A DNA stretch of 54,482 bases. Origin: Catajapyx aquilonaris (lineage: Eukaryota). Below are positions 26,449-41,500 of the stretch, one piece after another. The notes under the pieces were generated by a model. The model did not search any database and was not told the origin of the DNA. It worked only from the letters and a program-made list of their open reading frames with translations. Position 1 is the first letter of the stretch. Every line of letters starts with the position of its first letter. Made by a program: the position numbers and the translations under genes. Location: assembly GCA_000934665.2 (NCBI GenBank), contig JYFJ02002575.1, positions 1 to 54,482 of the forward strand, given 5' to 3'.

Positions 26449-29400
26449 GTAAGTCGTCATAATTCCATGAGATAAAAAAAAGTGCTCACCCGAATAATGA
26501 GATGAAACCTATTGAATTTTGTAAGACTCAAATTTGTGCAATATTGGTCATAATTATCCACGTTAAAGTATGCCTTTGGTTTTCGCAAAATTGATATAAC
26601 TGTTGGCATGTCATGTTACACTTTACTATGATGCCGTCTGACACAATTTGCCTGTTTGTTTGTGTACACTCTGAACTGGCCTTGACTCCTTTTATTGCAT
26701 GTGACCCTCTATGTCTTCAAGTTGTGGTTTTAGTGTGTGAAGGAGACAATAATTTCTAGGAATGGATCTTTCGCGGAATAATACTGAGCCTAGAGTGTTG
26801 TTGAAGGCCTCTCTTTTGCAAGGCAGTAAATCCAACCTGCCAGACGAGTCTTATTGCCTTTCGGTTCAGGTGTTACATTGTAAGCACAAATATGGCGTGT
26901 TTATAAAACCTTGCATTGTGTTACACTCTTGTTTGCTCTCGGCTCAACTTTTAAGTTCAGTATAAACTTCTGTGCATACTACAAATGCCCAAAATAATAC
27001 GCGTCCTTCCCAGCATGGTCCTTCCATTGTTCAATTTTTACAAGAAAATCCTTGTGCTCGATTTTTATTACGGTTAATATCCTCGATATGGGTGTACACT
27101 TCATGGCGCGGTTTGAGTTATGATAGTTATTTTCTTGCTGTATACGAACCGGAGATTATTAGCATGCTTGTCGCTAACTTTCACTGTCAGCAGCACATGC
27201 ATAATCATATTCTACCATATTTGCCCAACAACCTAATCAAATTGGTAATGTGTGTAAATATGCCCATGTCGTTTGCATAACTTGAGTGCATCCATTTCCA
27301 TCAAACGAGGTCCTGTGTTAACCATCCAACTTGCCATCCCAGCCAAGGCGATGATGCGAAAATTTTTTCGGCCGACGAAACCGATTATCGCTAATTAAAC
27401 TGGTAATACGTCTCGACTCTTTTTATACCAGAAAGGAGGTCACGTCTCTTCATAACACAATAGCGATTCATCATAATCTCACCTTCCGTTCTCTTCAGCG
27501 GGGTATATTAAAATGCAAACCCCCCCTCCATTCACCCTTACCAGCATTATATATATACCATCGACTTTCTTCGATCCTTTTTTGGCCAACCTTCCTCAGA
27601 GTCAGAAGGATCCACCATTGTGTACACATATTGTATTCCCTTCAGAGTGTATTCCAGCCAAGTCCCATCCGCCTAATGGAATTCAAATGAACGGCAGCTT
27701 TTTTACATCGAGTTTTGGTCCGTTGGTATAAACTTTGAGAGCCAGGGGAAGATGACAAAGGCCTATTTTTATTTTTATTTTTAAAAAAATCTCCTCGTGT
27801 TCGCAGGCCTAAACGTGCATATTAATAAGTATTTTTACTCATTCATTTATGACAAAATTATGGCAGGAATGTGTTGTAATGATAAAATGGGTTGATGTCA
27901 CTTAACTGTTGGATTTATGAATAGGGAATCTACATCTCACATTGGAGCGTTTGAAATTATACAGTCTACAGATGACTAGTATGGTATTTAGTCATCTGTT
28001 AGAAAACAGAGTAAATTGAGTTGTGTGACGCATAAGTGTAGCCAGAATTGCTTCCTTTTTTTGTAACGCGACATTTTGGGGCAGGGATTTCTGTGTCTGT
28101 GAAGCGCAAAAATAGTTGGGTTGAAGGCTAAGCATTCTTGTCTCTGCGGGGATTTCGAAGCTTCTTCCTCTCGAACGTGTGTGTGTGTGAGTATGTGTGT
28201 GGGGCGTATAAGGCTTCTCAAAATGTGGGTGGAAAGGAGAGGGGGAGGGGGGATGTGGGAAATTTTTATGACCCGTTTCTAACTGTCACATGCCCGGTTT
28301 CATTTTGCTTCCTGACATGCCTTAAGCGGGAACAGCATATTTCCGAATAGTCAGGCGAGAACAGCTCAATGTCGCAATTACGACATGTGCAGCACATCAT
28401 CCTTATGTGTCAGCTGTAAATGAAGAAATTAGCCCCAAAAAGAGTCGTCCATTCATGATGCTTATTAATAAATAAAATAGACCATGTCATTGAGAAATAT
28501 TTTTATTTCCATCATAATTTAAAATAATATACCTATGCAATCCGTAACAATTTGGCAATGAAAAGTACGCATCCATCAAATGAGAAGTAGCCTCAAATTA
28601 TTAATTTATTTGAATTGTTGCAGAAATGTTTCCCAATAGCATCTTTTCTACAAAAATTTACCAGTTTTCCCATAATTATGAAAAAAATTACCTTAACTGA
28701 ATGGTGTGTAGAGCAAAGAGGAAGAGAAGGACAGCAAGATGCCAGGAGAAAAATCATATTAATTAATAGTTCTAAATATGTGTGATCACATGTTTTCCTG
28801 TGATTCTCAGGTTTCTTTTTACAATATCAAAATCCATATATTCCAAGTCAGTGTGATGTTTGATGGATGGCCGCAGTCTTTATTATAAGAGTGCATGGCG
28901 TAATGAAGCGGGCAATGTGAATGCCCAAATATATGAAAATTAAGGGTCTAAGTTTGGAGTTTTAATTGTGCAACTCTGTACTTTGCTCGGAGGGATGAGC
29001 ACTAGTCGTTAAAAAAGTGTATCATTACCAAAGCCCCTCGCAATTCGAAGAAAACGAGGCGACCCACATGTGCTGACGTCACATCCAACAATTGCGCTTT
29101 TACTCCTTCAATCCTACCCACTCTCCGATACATAGTAGGCGGTATTAATACGAAAAAAAGTGCTATAAAACACAGCGTTGCCAGCTCAAATGCCATGTGC
29201 ATGACCTTACATCGAATGGAAACCAGCACCGATGATTTAGTTAGTCGCACGTGTGCCAGCATCCTGATCAGCAAATGAGGGGTTGTGTGTGAGAGAGAGA
29301 GTGTGTGTGGTATGCTTACGAGCCTTTCTGAGGAGCATGCGCTCTGTTTGCCTTCCCACACGAGACGTGTACGCCTCCTATCCCGAGAGAGAGATGCTGT

Positions 29401-29573
29401 AACATGCGCTTCCTTCATTCGGGCCCCGGCAGCCGAGCCGGCAAAGCGTTCAAAGTGCCACACATGACGTAACATTACGAAACCGATCCGATCGACAATA
29501 TTCGCGTAGTGGATTATTATTATTTTAATTGTAACCGAAAAAATTAATTACGGTAGTGTAGTGTGCTTGGAGA

Positions 29574-32500
29574 ATGACTGACACGATGTCGGGTGTGTTG
29601 CGTGTGTCCGACGCCGATGGGATACCCAACGGAGGGTTAGTGATTCGTGCTAAGGCTGGATCGACCCAGAGTACGGTCACGAACAAGCCTCCGACCACGA
29701 CCATCAGTACCATCGCGGTTCAGAGTGGAAAGAACCGTATTGTCATCGCGCTTCTTCAAGTGAGTTGTTGTTGCGTCGTCACTTGCCTACATGAGTTAGA
29801 TATATGTTTAATGTTAGTACACACGTTTGTAAGTGACGACACAGTGCAGAAGATCCTCCTGATGTCGTTTTAGCAAAGATTATAGGTGACATGGCACAAA
29901 AATTGCACAGTCAAATCGTACAAATTTTCCGCAGTTTCATGAAATTAAAATTGCCCGTCATTGGCTACAGATAACATGTGGGCAGCATTTCTAATACGTT
30001 ATGGTACCTATAAATAAAATAGAGTGAACATACTGTTATATCAATCATGTCATAACACTGATATTTATTTTCATAGTTTCATATATTGTCAGGGTCCATA
30101 TCGTCATTTCTTTGCGTAATTTTGTCATTTGCATAATTTAATAGGCCTATTTTAATTCATTTCATCCAATATAATAATACAATCGTATTATACAAGAACG
30201 TTAACATTGGTTATTCCTAATTATCATATGTATACCGTACTAATTACCACTCGTAATTAAGACATATCCACTTTTGTGCCTCGAAAAAATCTAAAAATTC
30301 CCGTGAGGTCAAGGGTATTACACTGTATACAGCGAGTGCATTTAAACCATCTGGACCCTCATTTTTTCCATTGCCTATAGAGAGATAACCTTTAAGGTCA
30401 TTCATACCGCGTCTAAATTGAGCTCCTCCGAGGCTGATTTACAACTCGGTCTGCAGGAGGCCCCCTCTTTTGCTGTCGGTTTTTGTTCGGAATCCTAGTG
30501 CACAGCCTAAGAGCTGGTTGGTATCGTGCCAGACGTTTTATCTGAATGGTTGAAATATAGCGAAGGGTTTAATGTGTAAAAAAAATGGCTAATATGCAAA
30601 CAAGCGCGTAATTATTGGTTACATTGACACGTGGTGCAGACCCGTGGGACACAATGTTGTGTGGCTTGGTTGTGTATTGATGAGGATGTGGGGCGATTGT
30701 TGCGCTCGGAGCGTTGGCACCGACGACTTACTTCCCAAGTAGATAGTCGGATTAAAGGCCACTTGACCGTGAAAGTTCCCGAAATATACGGCCAAGTACG
30801 ACTTCCTGGAACGTGATCTCAGTGGACGCAAATAGAAAATCTAGTTGTCCTGCAGGGAAAAAGAGGTGGTTTTGCTCCTCCACAGTCATTTCTTCAGCTT
30901 CAGCTTCAGCTTAATTGAAACATATAGTGTGTAGTGTTCACCACATTGTGGTGAACACTACACACTATATGTTTCAATTAAGCTTGATTCGCAGTAAAAA
31001 TGACCTCATATGTCAATGGGTCACTGGCAGGATTTCAGGACAACTTTCTCATATTATGCTTATTTTCTCCATCGGATATTTGTCCGACCCGATAGTACCG
31101 CTATCTCTCGTAGGGTGGCAGGACTGTGCAGATGGAGTATGCGCCATCTACGCTTGAAGATTAGTACTACATGGTAAATCGGCGGGTCATCTCATTCAAG
31201 TTGTTTGATTGTCACTAGATGTTGCCAAACTTTGGCAACGGGTTTTCACTAGTAATTCCTAAAATAAACTTAAACTTATGTGAGTACATTTTTCAAATAT
31301 CTGCAACTGACACCTCTTTCGAAGTACACTTTTAAGTCTGAAGGAGTCAGGGCTGTAATATTGCGATTACCTCACTGCACGTATACTGTGCACACCGCGG
31401 GCGGTACATTTTTTTTTCAACGCCGCGCCGGTACTTTTTCTCACCTTTTTCGAGGACACTGGAGCAATTCGTGACCAGACAAATCTGCTAGATACTATCA
31501 GGCGCGCGACTGTCTGCTTGTTGTTTTGGAGAGTTGAAAACAGTAGTGTCGTAATCTGAACTACTAGTAGTGTAATTGCATCAGAAATTCTATATAATAA
31601 ATTATGGAATTAGTTGAGCACCGTTCTATTTTCCACTTTTTTTTTGGAAACAAAATTGCTTTTTTGGCGTAATATTTCACTTTCAATGTCGGCTGAGGTG
31701 ACTTGGAAGAATAGAACATGGCCATGAGTAACGGATGTAAGTGTTCACTTCTCTCTCACACTCACTCAGCCATAAGCCCCTCTATAAAGCTCGAGCACTT
31801 GAATGACGTTGCAAGGACCCCCGTATCGTGCCACCGATCGTAAAATATGTCCAAGTATTTAGACCTCTGCGTGCGAGTTGTATACCGATATGGAGCATTG
31901 AAAGAGACAGAAAAAAAAGAGATAGAGAAGAAACCAGACTTGTTAAGGTCGTGGAAATTATGCCCTGATACTCCAGAGAAAATAACGCTCTTGCCTCCTA
32001 CCAAGGCAGGCTAATAATTCTGGAGAAGATGCCCCCAACGAAGCCTGTCAGTGGTCAGATGACTACCTGGTGTTGAAGGGGTTAACTCCAAGGGTAAATT
32101 CACTCGACAAAAAAATAAGGGGGAATTTTCTATGGGGCTTATAGGTCAACAAGCTAATTATTTTGTGGCGTGCTCTGCTGCTAATGAGTGGGAAAAAGCA
32201 AGGAGCGATTTATTAGTACGGAGTAATTTATTAGGTTGAAGTTGCTTCACACGACTATGCAGCAAACAAGCTGAACAAATGCTTTAAAAAGTTACTACAC
32301 ATGTCAGCATATGCGGTGAATAGGAGGAAAAATATCAGAAATTAAATGAGGAAAGTATTCTTCTCGAGTAGTTTAAATGTAAATGTAATATGGGCCATTC
32401 TCTCCTTCACGCACTTGTACCGTAATTTTGTAGGTCAACTTTTTTAAGGCGGAAAATATTCAGATAAAGTCATCGTTCCTGTTATACAGATGATCCCAAA

Positions 32501-35500
32501 TTGTTACAAGAACTGGCTGGAGCGTTAATTTCCCATCATTTTGTGCGAAGCACATATGAAGTGACCTAACAACCTTTGCCATTATTAGTGAAGACAGTCC
32601 GTGGTAAATCCTCATCTTTCACAAATCCACCGTGGTAATGAAATCTGATCTCGAGTCGTCCGAAAGTGTCCGTTTTTATCGCGACTTGTCTCAAATCCTG
32701 ACAGTTTTTTCTGGGAGGTCCATCTCGTCCAGATCTTGAAATAACAAGATTTTCTTTTCCGTCTCCTTATTTGGTTCATTTTTTTCTCTCGAAAGCAAGC
32801 TCTTTTCACGATGATTCCCCTCGCTCTTGTTGTGCTTTTGAAGAGGGTGACAGCTGGATTATCCAATCCAGGTGTGAACGTCACTTTTATTCCTCTTATT
32901 TTTTTCTCTCTCTGTCTCTCACCCCTCCTTTCTCGTCTCTCTCCCAGGGGAGTTTGCTTTTCTTTACCGAACCAGCTTATAGTTCCCGATGCGATAAATT
33001 CTTCTTAGCGTGTCTAGGATTGGGGAAACGCCCGAAGGCCTCGTCTGGGACATCGTGGTTCCTTTAGAGAAGAGGGGCTTTTGAGAATTTTTAGGCGAGG
33101 TCTTGAGCTCATCAGGCCTTGGTAGGGGGCTGGATCATGGGGCCGCTTTATTTTCAGCAACAATCAGGACGGAAGCCAGGATTCTTTTTTACTTCTTCCT
33201 CTATGGAGGGTGGAAGTGCAAGGTGAAAGGACGTTAGGCACAAAAATATTTTCGTTGGTGAAAATTCGGCGACACTTTTTTTATCAGTTGTAGCTGCAGT
33301 TTCATTGCATTCAATGCTGCTGAAATTGTGAAGATGGAATTAATTGCGATAATTGCTCCGAGTACTGAAATGTGTCGTGTAGAAAAAGTTTGAAAATGTC
33401 TGGTCGTGCAAAATTTGACATGTATTTTAGACCACCCTGGTAGAATATTGCAAAAAAATGTGACCCTTTTCTGGATGCCTTTTAAAACAAGGTCAATTAC
33501 CGTGACACCTTAGCTGTGGTTGTAAAAAAAAAATGTGCAAATTTCGATTTTAGAGCAGGTTATAAGTTTTCTGGGTTGAGCAGATGGAGCTCTTGGGTTT
33601 ATTCCAACTGGGACTAACTCTTTATACTGCGGGGTTGAAATGTGCAGCAGATGGCATAGTTCTACATAACTTCCTACTTGTATATTCAGCACGTTTGCGC
33701 AAGTAAAAGCGTCAACTCTGTAGATAGACAACTGCACCGTCGATTAGCGAATTTTTATATAGTGCAACATGCCATGTAAGGGCATTTCCTGTTGATACGA
33801 CCTTGTGTTCACGCTCTCTCTCTCATATTTCGGAAAGCTTCTTTTATAGATTAGAAAACGTAAACAAAGCTGCGAGAAAGGTCGATACTTATTTTTGCAG
33901 CTAAGTGTAATATAAATAGGCTGCCTCACCAGCCATTTGGCAACGGTCTGATACAACAAGATAGAAGCACGTATTGTTGTGCAACCCAGTCATCAGGTCA
34001 AGGAAGCAACAAAGTATCGTGTAAATCTGATCCATGAAGGTTGGCCAAAATCAGTCTATTATAATAATTTGGTGTGCTGTTGAATAATATTGGCGACACA
34101 CTATCGGAAATATTAGAGACATCATATATTGTGTTTACTCATATTTTTCTAAAGATTTTGCTTGCGCCTTTTTGGCACAATTTTTTCCATCCTTTTTGAC
34201 ACCTGCTGGTGTCATCAGAGAAAAGCGATATTATCTTACAAGAGAAATAAATATGAGACGGATCCAACCGGTGTTACTTTCAGACCCGCAAAAAAATGGC
34301 AGGGTGTTTTGAACCCGGAAGAAAAGTTTATTTTTTCAGATAGGTATTTTTGCATGCTCGCAGAAGACACGTACTCCTTTCGCTACTGACTTGGGCTGCC
34401 TCGAGGTAGTGTCTTGCCTTGCTTGTTTGAAGCTCCGAAAAGAAAAAAAAAATGTAGGTCAGTTTCTCGTTAACTGTCGGTTCGTAATGTGTTAGTGCGA
34501 AGACATTTTATTGCCACTTCGGCCTCACCGTCTTTGACCAAAACGGCAGACTAAAAAGGCGTCTCGTTTTTTGGGACTCACCGCCTTCCAATCTAATTGG
34601 CATTGAGCGTGACTTTGCTGGCATTGGCCACAGAAGGAGCCGACAAATTTGGAAATTTTGTGAGTTACAAAAATTCACACTAATGCTCTTAGTATGTACG
34701 CGGTTTTTTTTGCAGGGTGAAATAAGAGGTCAGAGGGCGGTTGTTTTGCGAATATGCAGCTTACGTTAGGCCACAATAGTCACGTTTGAGTAACGCCAAT
34801 AAAAATAAATGGTAATTACCATTGGCTTCATACGTGACCGGAGTAAAAACAAACGTGGTCATTGACCGCCGTGTGATTAATGAAAAGCGAAGCAGCCTCG
34901 TATATGTGACTACGACTGAAGCTTGTAATTACGGCGATTGCGCCTGGGGAAATTAAATAGTCGTGCCCGTGTTGTAAACGGGCGTGGCTAGGATCTGCCC
35001 TATTTTTAAAACCCATGTCATTGGAACAATATGACGATTGTACAATGTACGTGATAGCCAAAAACCTTTTCGTGTCTCATTTTGGTGTGTGTGAAGAGGT
35101 CACAGTTGCAGTTAGAGCGTCCCACACACGCGTCTGATTGCCTGAAATGCACGATGCCGTCATTTTAGTGGGCGACAAAATGTGCGATAATGTGGACTAA
35201 TTACTCCTGTATCTTCAAGGTCATTGAACTTTGTTGCAATTTTAACACCGGGAATGCTGCAGAACTGTTAATAATCTGCGAGAGGAAACACTTAATCTCT
35301 TGGCAGTTGGGTGTGGATACACAAAAAGAGACAGGTCCCAGAATCTTCAAGCATTTGTTTGGACGAGAAGAGACCGCGGGGATGGGAGTCTTTCACATGT
35401 AAGCACAGGAGAAAAAAAAAACTTGCTTCCAGGAAAAGTGATCGCGAAAAGGAAACATAAATATATCAGTAGCGAAAAAGCGGGGGCATCATACTTTTTT

Positions 35501-38500
35501 ATGGTGGGCGATAAACATCTAATGCTAATAATTATTACAGCTGGTACATTCAATTAATTGACCTTGCGTAAATTAGGGCGGCGTGTAAATCAATTATTCA
35601 AGCCTGATAAGGCTAGGTGCGTGCAGAATTAATAATTAATGTTCATAGATCCGGCCTTTACCGGGTTCATTAATATAACTGGAAAATTGTGCGAAAATTC
35701 ATTAATGCAACTTTAACTAATTATTCTTAAAAATTAAAAAAATATTCGTATTACGTATTTGTTTCGCTTAATGAAACATTGCACGTACTTTTGACTTATT
35801 AATAAAACTCTAATACATTTTGTGAATTAATGTCCTCCTCCAGGCATGATGAAGGTTGGGGTGTTACATCTGCACATCTGTTTTCATTAACCCCCCAGTC
35901 AATAGACAATGGCGAAAGGAACATGACTGGATTAGCATGATTTAGGTGAGACCATCGGCTATCAATTGCTCCGAGAGATAAATTTCAAGCCTACTCCCCT
36001 GGAGAGATAATTTTATTAAATGCGGCCATATCATGAATCATCATTTTTCCATCCGCTGCCACTCTCTCGACAGGTTTTCCCTCGGGGACTCATTACTGCT
36101 TAACAACTGTACACCCTTGCATTTCAGCTGTGTGCTGCATAAGCAGCTTCTGCAGATAACAAATCTCAGAGTCTCATGCAATATTAATGCATTCAGACGT
36201 GTATGACACCGTATTACCATTTTTGCGGCCGGCAACAAAAGTTTAATGGTCCTCGACACCAAGGACTGTGGGACACTTTAAATGCAGAAGGTGGTTTCTA
36301 TGGCCAGCCCGTCTTCCGAGTTGACAAGAGGGCAGAGATTTATCTGATGACATCATAAATTAATTACGAGGTGTCCCCCGCTGCGGAATAATGTCCTGAC
36401 CTCCTTGGCATCGTTCCAGTACATCAGAGACATCGTCATCAATTAAGCCAGAAGCATACTCAAATTAAGCAGTCAGGACGTTGACCGGAATGTAATCTAG
36501 TGCGCCACGATTGAGTGCGATTGGTCGGACCAATTATGAATGAAATTAATGAATGAAGGACCACCCAAAAACCGCTGGAATAAATTTCATGTTGTATGCA
36601 CGAATTTACCGCTTACATGATGCAGTTAGACTGGATTTATTCTGTAAAGGGTGACTTATTGACCTCTGGAGAAATCCCCTATAAGTAATGTCAAATTCAA
36701 TCAATTTTACAATTGTCTTACATTCTGAACAGTACATTATTTTATGAATATTTGAATGAAGAATAATATTTGATTGAAAGTGGATTCAAAATTATTCTTA
36801 AACCTAAACGAATCATTTGTAATGGTGCGCTATACTGCGTAACAATTATCTTGTGCAGCACATAATTGTGTTGCCAAATGCTGCTGCAAATATTGCAAAA
36901 TTATTTGCATGTGTATCATATTGGCCAATAGGAGCCCTCCAGGTATTTCTCCCGATGTCGTAATCACATTTCACAGCTCGAAGCAAGTTTACAGTGCGAG
37001 AACGTCCGGATTAAGCAAACCGTAAACATGTCTGACGTATCCGCGTTGCAATAATTGCCTTCGGAACAAAAAAAATCGCATCGTTTTGATCTCTTCTCAC
37101 ACGCGCAAGACACCGACACACTGTTTGAAAAAAACAACAACGAGAGAGCGCAAGTTTCTTCCTGAAGAGTAAAAACATGGATCCATTTATCATGCACGAC
37201 TTGCATCCGCGTATCCCAAGATGGACAATGGAATCTCGTCTGGTGACTTCGCTTGGCTTTTGTCGTACCAGGCCTATACGTGATCGTGCAGGTTCTTTTT
37301 TTTCTTTTCTTCAAAACCATCTCCTTGCATCTAACATAACACCATCTCGGAATCCTTCACACTCTTAACGACCTGGGAAACAACTGTGGGCCCATGTGCC
37401 GACGGGACATAAAAAAAAGTAGTGTACACTTAGGTATTCCCTATTTAATTATTCTCCTGTAAATTACATGAAGTGTTGCAAGTTGATGATACGCTTAAAA
37501 TAAAGACTATTTCAGACATTTACTATTTGATATTGAACGATTATTTGAATAAAAGTGCAATGCAGATTCTGTAACAGTTTTTAAGATGTGTAATGACTTC
37601 ACAGTGGCGACCAAAAATTCTGTATATAGCCTCTAATGGGCTCCAACTCTAGATAAAATTTCCAGGAAGCAAATATTCAGGAAGGGCAGGTTTTGTTATA
37701 CATATTTTTTTTTTTTGACTGGGCCAGCAGGGCTTCTGGCTGGCTGCTTGATGATAGGAAACCAAAGCGGCAGTGAGTCAGGGTTATTTTGGGGGTGAGA
37801 AGGGGGTGTAATGTTGGTATAGTGGCGCCTTCTCTTCCCTAACCCACCCCCTTCAACCACACCCCACCTTTCCCCAGCAGCTTTTCCACCTGGCACTTGT
37901 GTCTGCTACCACATTTTTACTGCCGTTTGGTCATCCTCCGGTCCAGTGGTAATCAAGCACAATGCGATTGTGGACCGGTTTCCCCATTAGGAAAACCTCT
38001 CATCAAATCCGCATTAATTAGGCTCTTTCCCTATAAAAGATAGCAGTTGGAACCAGGTTTCAAGCTCGAGAAGTATAACAATGGCTTCTGCTGCTTCCAT
38101 GTTACTAGAACCTCAAAGAGTCCATCATTATGAAGGTTCGACTTGCGATACCGGCTGAGGAACAAGCATGCAAGCGTGCGAGTGCATTCAGGTTGAACCA
38201 GTACGAGCAGACATGTCATGTGTGATAAATGCAGACGATTTCCTTCGGAGCACGTTCGATGCCAAGCTTTTGCAGTCAGAGAATATCCTCCATGTCGCCT
38301 TGGAAAGCGACACAAACGTATTGCACCATCAAAAGCGTGGCATAGTGGCATGCAAGGTGTTTCATAAATTATACAAACGTCTAAAGAGTTTCTGGCAATC
38401 ACATAATCACTTTTTGTAGTGGTGTCAATTTGTCTCACATAGGCCTATTACATCGCATTTGAAATGGCCACAGGAAATGCTATGAAACCTTTCAGAATTT

Positions 38501-41500
38501 GAATTTTGATGGAAATGATAGATCAATTTTAATTTGATCAAAACTGAACGTTTATGAATTATCCTGGTATAGGTATGCATCCCTCCTTGCGGCCGTCACT
38601 TTTTAATTAAAAATATTGCTGTGTAATTTGAACTTAACGATCATATGGGACATGTCAGAACATGGTATAATAGCCTACTCTCTTTAGAGTAGACGAATAA
38701 TAATTCTCGCAGTGTGATTTTTGCTCCGCTCATCAGTTTTTCTAAATAATTGTGAGCCACCCTGTATAAGCTTACCTTCAGACTTAATTATAGTCTATGA
38801 TGAAACAACAAAAAAAACAAGCAAGGTGAGCCTTAATATTGATGTCGTTAGGATTGCGGCCATCGTCTTCAGCTATATCAGGGACAAACCCTACATTATA
38901 CGTCCAGAGAAAAACACGGTCGTTAGCAATGTATGGTGCACTGGGCGCCCTTGACATTAGCTTTAGATCTTAAACCGCAATCTGTGTTCTCGAGCACAAA
39001 ACCGTGGTTAAAGAACCGTCGTAAATTTTTGGAGATTCCTTGCATTATTTTTATACGTTCCCTTTGGGCCGAAGAATACATCCCCCCCCCCCCTTTTTTT
39101 TAAGCCGCATTCCAAGCTGTCGCAGAGATGGAAAGTTAACGCTCCGTTGTGTTTTTATACACTCAAGAAGCTTCCCCACATCTCATGCATGTGCAATGAA
39201 CCCAAATAGGAAGAGGAAATTCAAGACCGGATTTTACGACTCTACTGGTGGGGCATCATGCAACTTATCGTAATAATCACGATCGCCTAAAGTACAATTG
39301 GATGTGTACGTACTCTACATAACCATGTCTATATATTCGAAAAAAATTATTACGTAGAAGAGACAGAAATTGACAAAAATGCTGAGTGTGAAGTTTTCTA
39401 ATGAGCAGAGTCATTATTGTGATGATTGATGAACTAATATAGCATATTTTTATTAATAAGATCCGGTTTCTACCTGTTAATAACCTGCAATAAATATTAT
39501 CATTCACATTAATCGACAGTGCAAGGCTTTTACTTGCCCTTAATCTTCTGGGAATGTGCAATAACCCTTTTTTGCCCTGCTTTTGAATTCACAGAGGGTT
39601 ACGTAATAGTATGTGGTCACATATTCGCCTACTATATGTTTCCATCTTCCTGTTTGCTTTTTTTTTCTTTTACTGTTCTTCCTATCTTGGCTCTACTAAA
39701 TTTAAGATTCGGTGCCACTGTAACAAGTCACGTAGGTCAGCCCCAATCAAAGCTGGAAGGTCAAGTTGTGAGTAATTGGGCTTTGGAAATGGCAGGTGAC
39801 CTGACGGGGGCTACTATAAATCTCTTTACACCAACTAAAAGTTAGTGGAAAAAAACGGTAACTCGTTAGGAAAAATAACAGCTTACTTTTTTGAAGCTAT
39901 TGAAACTCGTTAGTTTAAAGAGATCTCAAAGGAAATGCCGCTGCTTTTAGAGAGTTAACCTTCAAGCTTTGAACCCGATATGTCTTTGTTAAAATTGTTC
40001 ATTTACTGCAGCCTACGTTCGTCCTACTCGACTCGTGTAAAGACTATGATCCAGGCAATTATGCTTATGACTGTTGCAGCGGGATGTGCATGATTTCATC
40101 TCCCTATTTGAATCGTTTACTGTCAGGAATATCGCTGACGACTGAGTACGGAAAAAAGTCACACAAAACCTGTTTAAAGAGAAAGACACCTGTTGGAATC
40201 AACAATAAGGATAAGAAATCTGTCATTGTTGTTTCTCATTAAACTGGTTCGTGGGGTAAGCAGTACACAACTTATTCATCTGTCTTTTTCTTAAACATGA
40301 AGCGTAAAATATTACCATCAGTGGTCACTTCTCAATAAAAGATTACAGTCCTTATAACTACAGTAGATTTTATCTGAAGTAAAAGAAGGCTTACCTGGCT
40401 TACCCATAACGATATGATTTTTTTTCTTCAATATTGCACACAAGACACAACATGTAGGCGACGTGAGGACCATTTCTCCACACTATGTTTGGAGATTCCA
40501 TCACAAGCCACGAACCATTTTGGAAAGATTGCCCAAGCGTGATCTTCTCCATTTGTCAAGGGAGCCTTGCAGATAACAATCTGGCGAGAGTGGAAACAAA
40601 AAAATAATAATGTACAGTATTATATGGACAGGAGAGAGAGAGAGAGAGGCTGAGAGTGTGAGATATTTTTTAAAGTTATATCCCGGCTCTCTAACTTGAC
40701 GGGGAAATGGGGGCAGACATCCTTGAATATTATCGAGACTCCTACCTTTCACTGTCAGTGTCGAGTGCCCATTGTTGTTGGTGCCAAGGGTCGTCTAGAT
40801 GCAGCCTTGGACCGCATTAATTTAATGGACATGCTGGAAAAAGGGGGAGGACTATAAATGAACCCATTCCATAGTATAGACATTCCAAATATGGGCAATA
40901 TATTTCATAATTGAAACTTAATTTCTGTCCAGCTGATTCTGCTATAGACAATTTAATTTTAATTGCCTCTAATTGTAGCCCAACTCTTCAATGAATATTA
41001 GATTAGGACCAAATGCATAGCTAGTTAACAACTGTTTATTTACAATGGGTTCGATTTGTGCATTCCAGAGCAGAGACACACTGCAGCTGAAGGTGCTGGA
41101 AATGTCTCCACAGCTGACTCAACTTGGCAACACCCTGGAAGAAGCCCTGGAGCTACAAAAAGCACACGATGATGTCTTAGTCAAACTACAAGTAAGTGAA
41201 AAAAATAATGTAATTTTTATAAAAAGAAAATGATGCCTACGTACCAGTTTGGCCGGATTCACTTATTTGCTTCCATTGTAGTGACAAAAAAGCGCAACGG
41301 CCTCGAGTTTCCTCTTTTTTTATCCTTTCCACTCGTATTATTCAATTGGCAACGGACCGCAGGTTTTTTTCCCACCAGGACTCTCCGAATGACCACTTAA
41401 TTGACCAGGCGGAAACATTTCTTTGCCAGTTGGTTTAGGCCTGCACAGTACGTGACAACACAGCCGCATTTTACACTTATCACTTTGACTCAATACACAT

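Noticed and set aside
29760..41068. Many 60-135 aa ORFs, isolated GT donors and MEF2/E-box-like motifs in the large intron
   Set aside because: The ATG-plus-donor candidates checked (near 31718, 35382, 38797) were not in phase 0 with the 41069 acceptor. Short motifs are expected by chance in AT-rich DNA.
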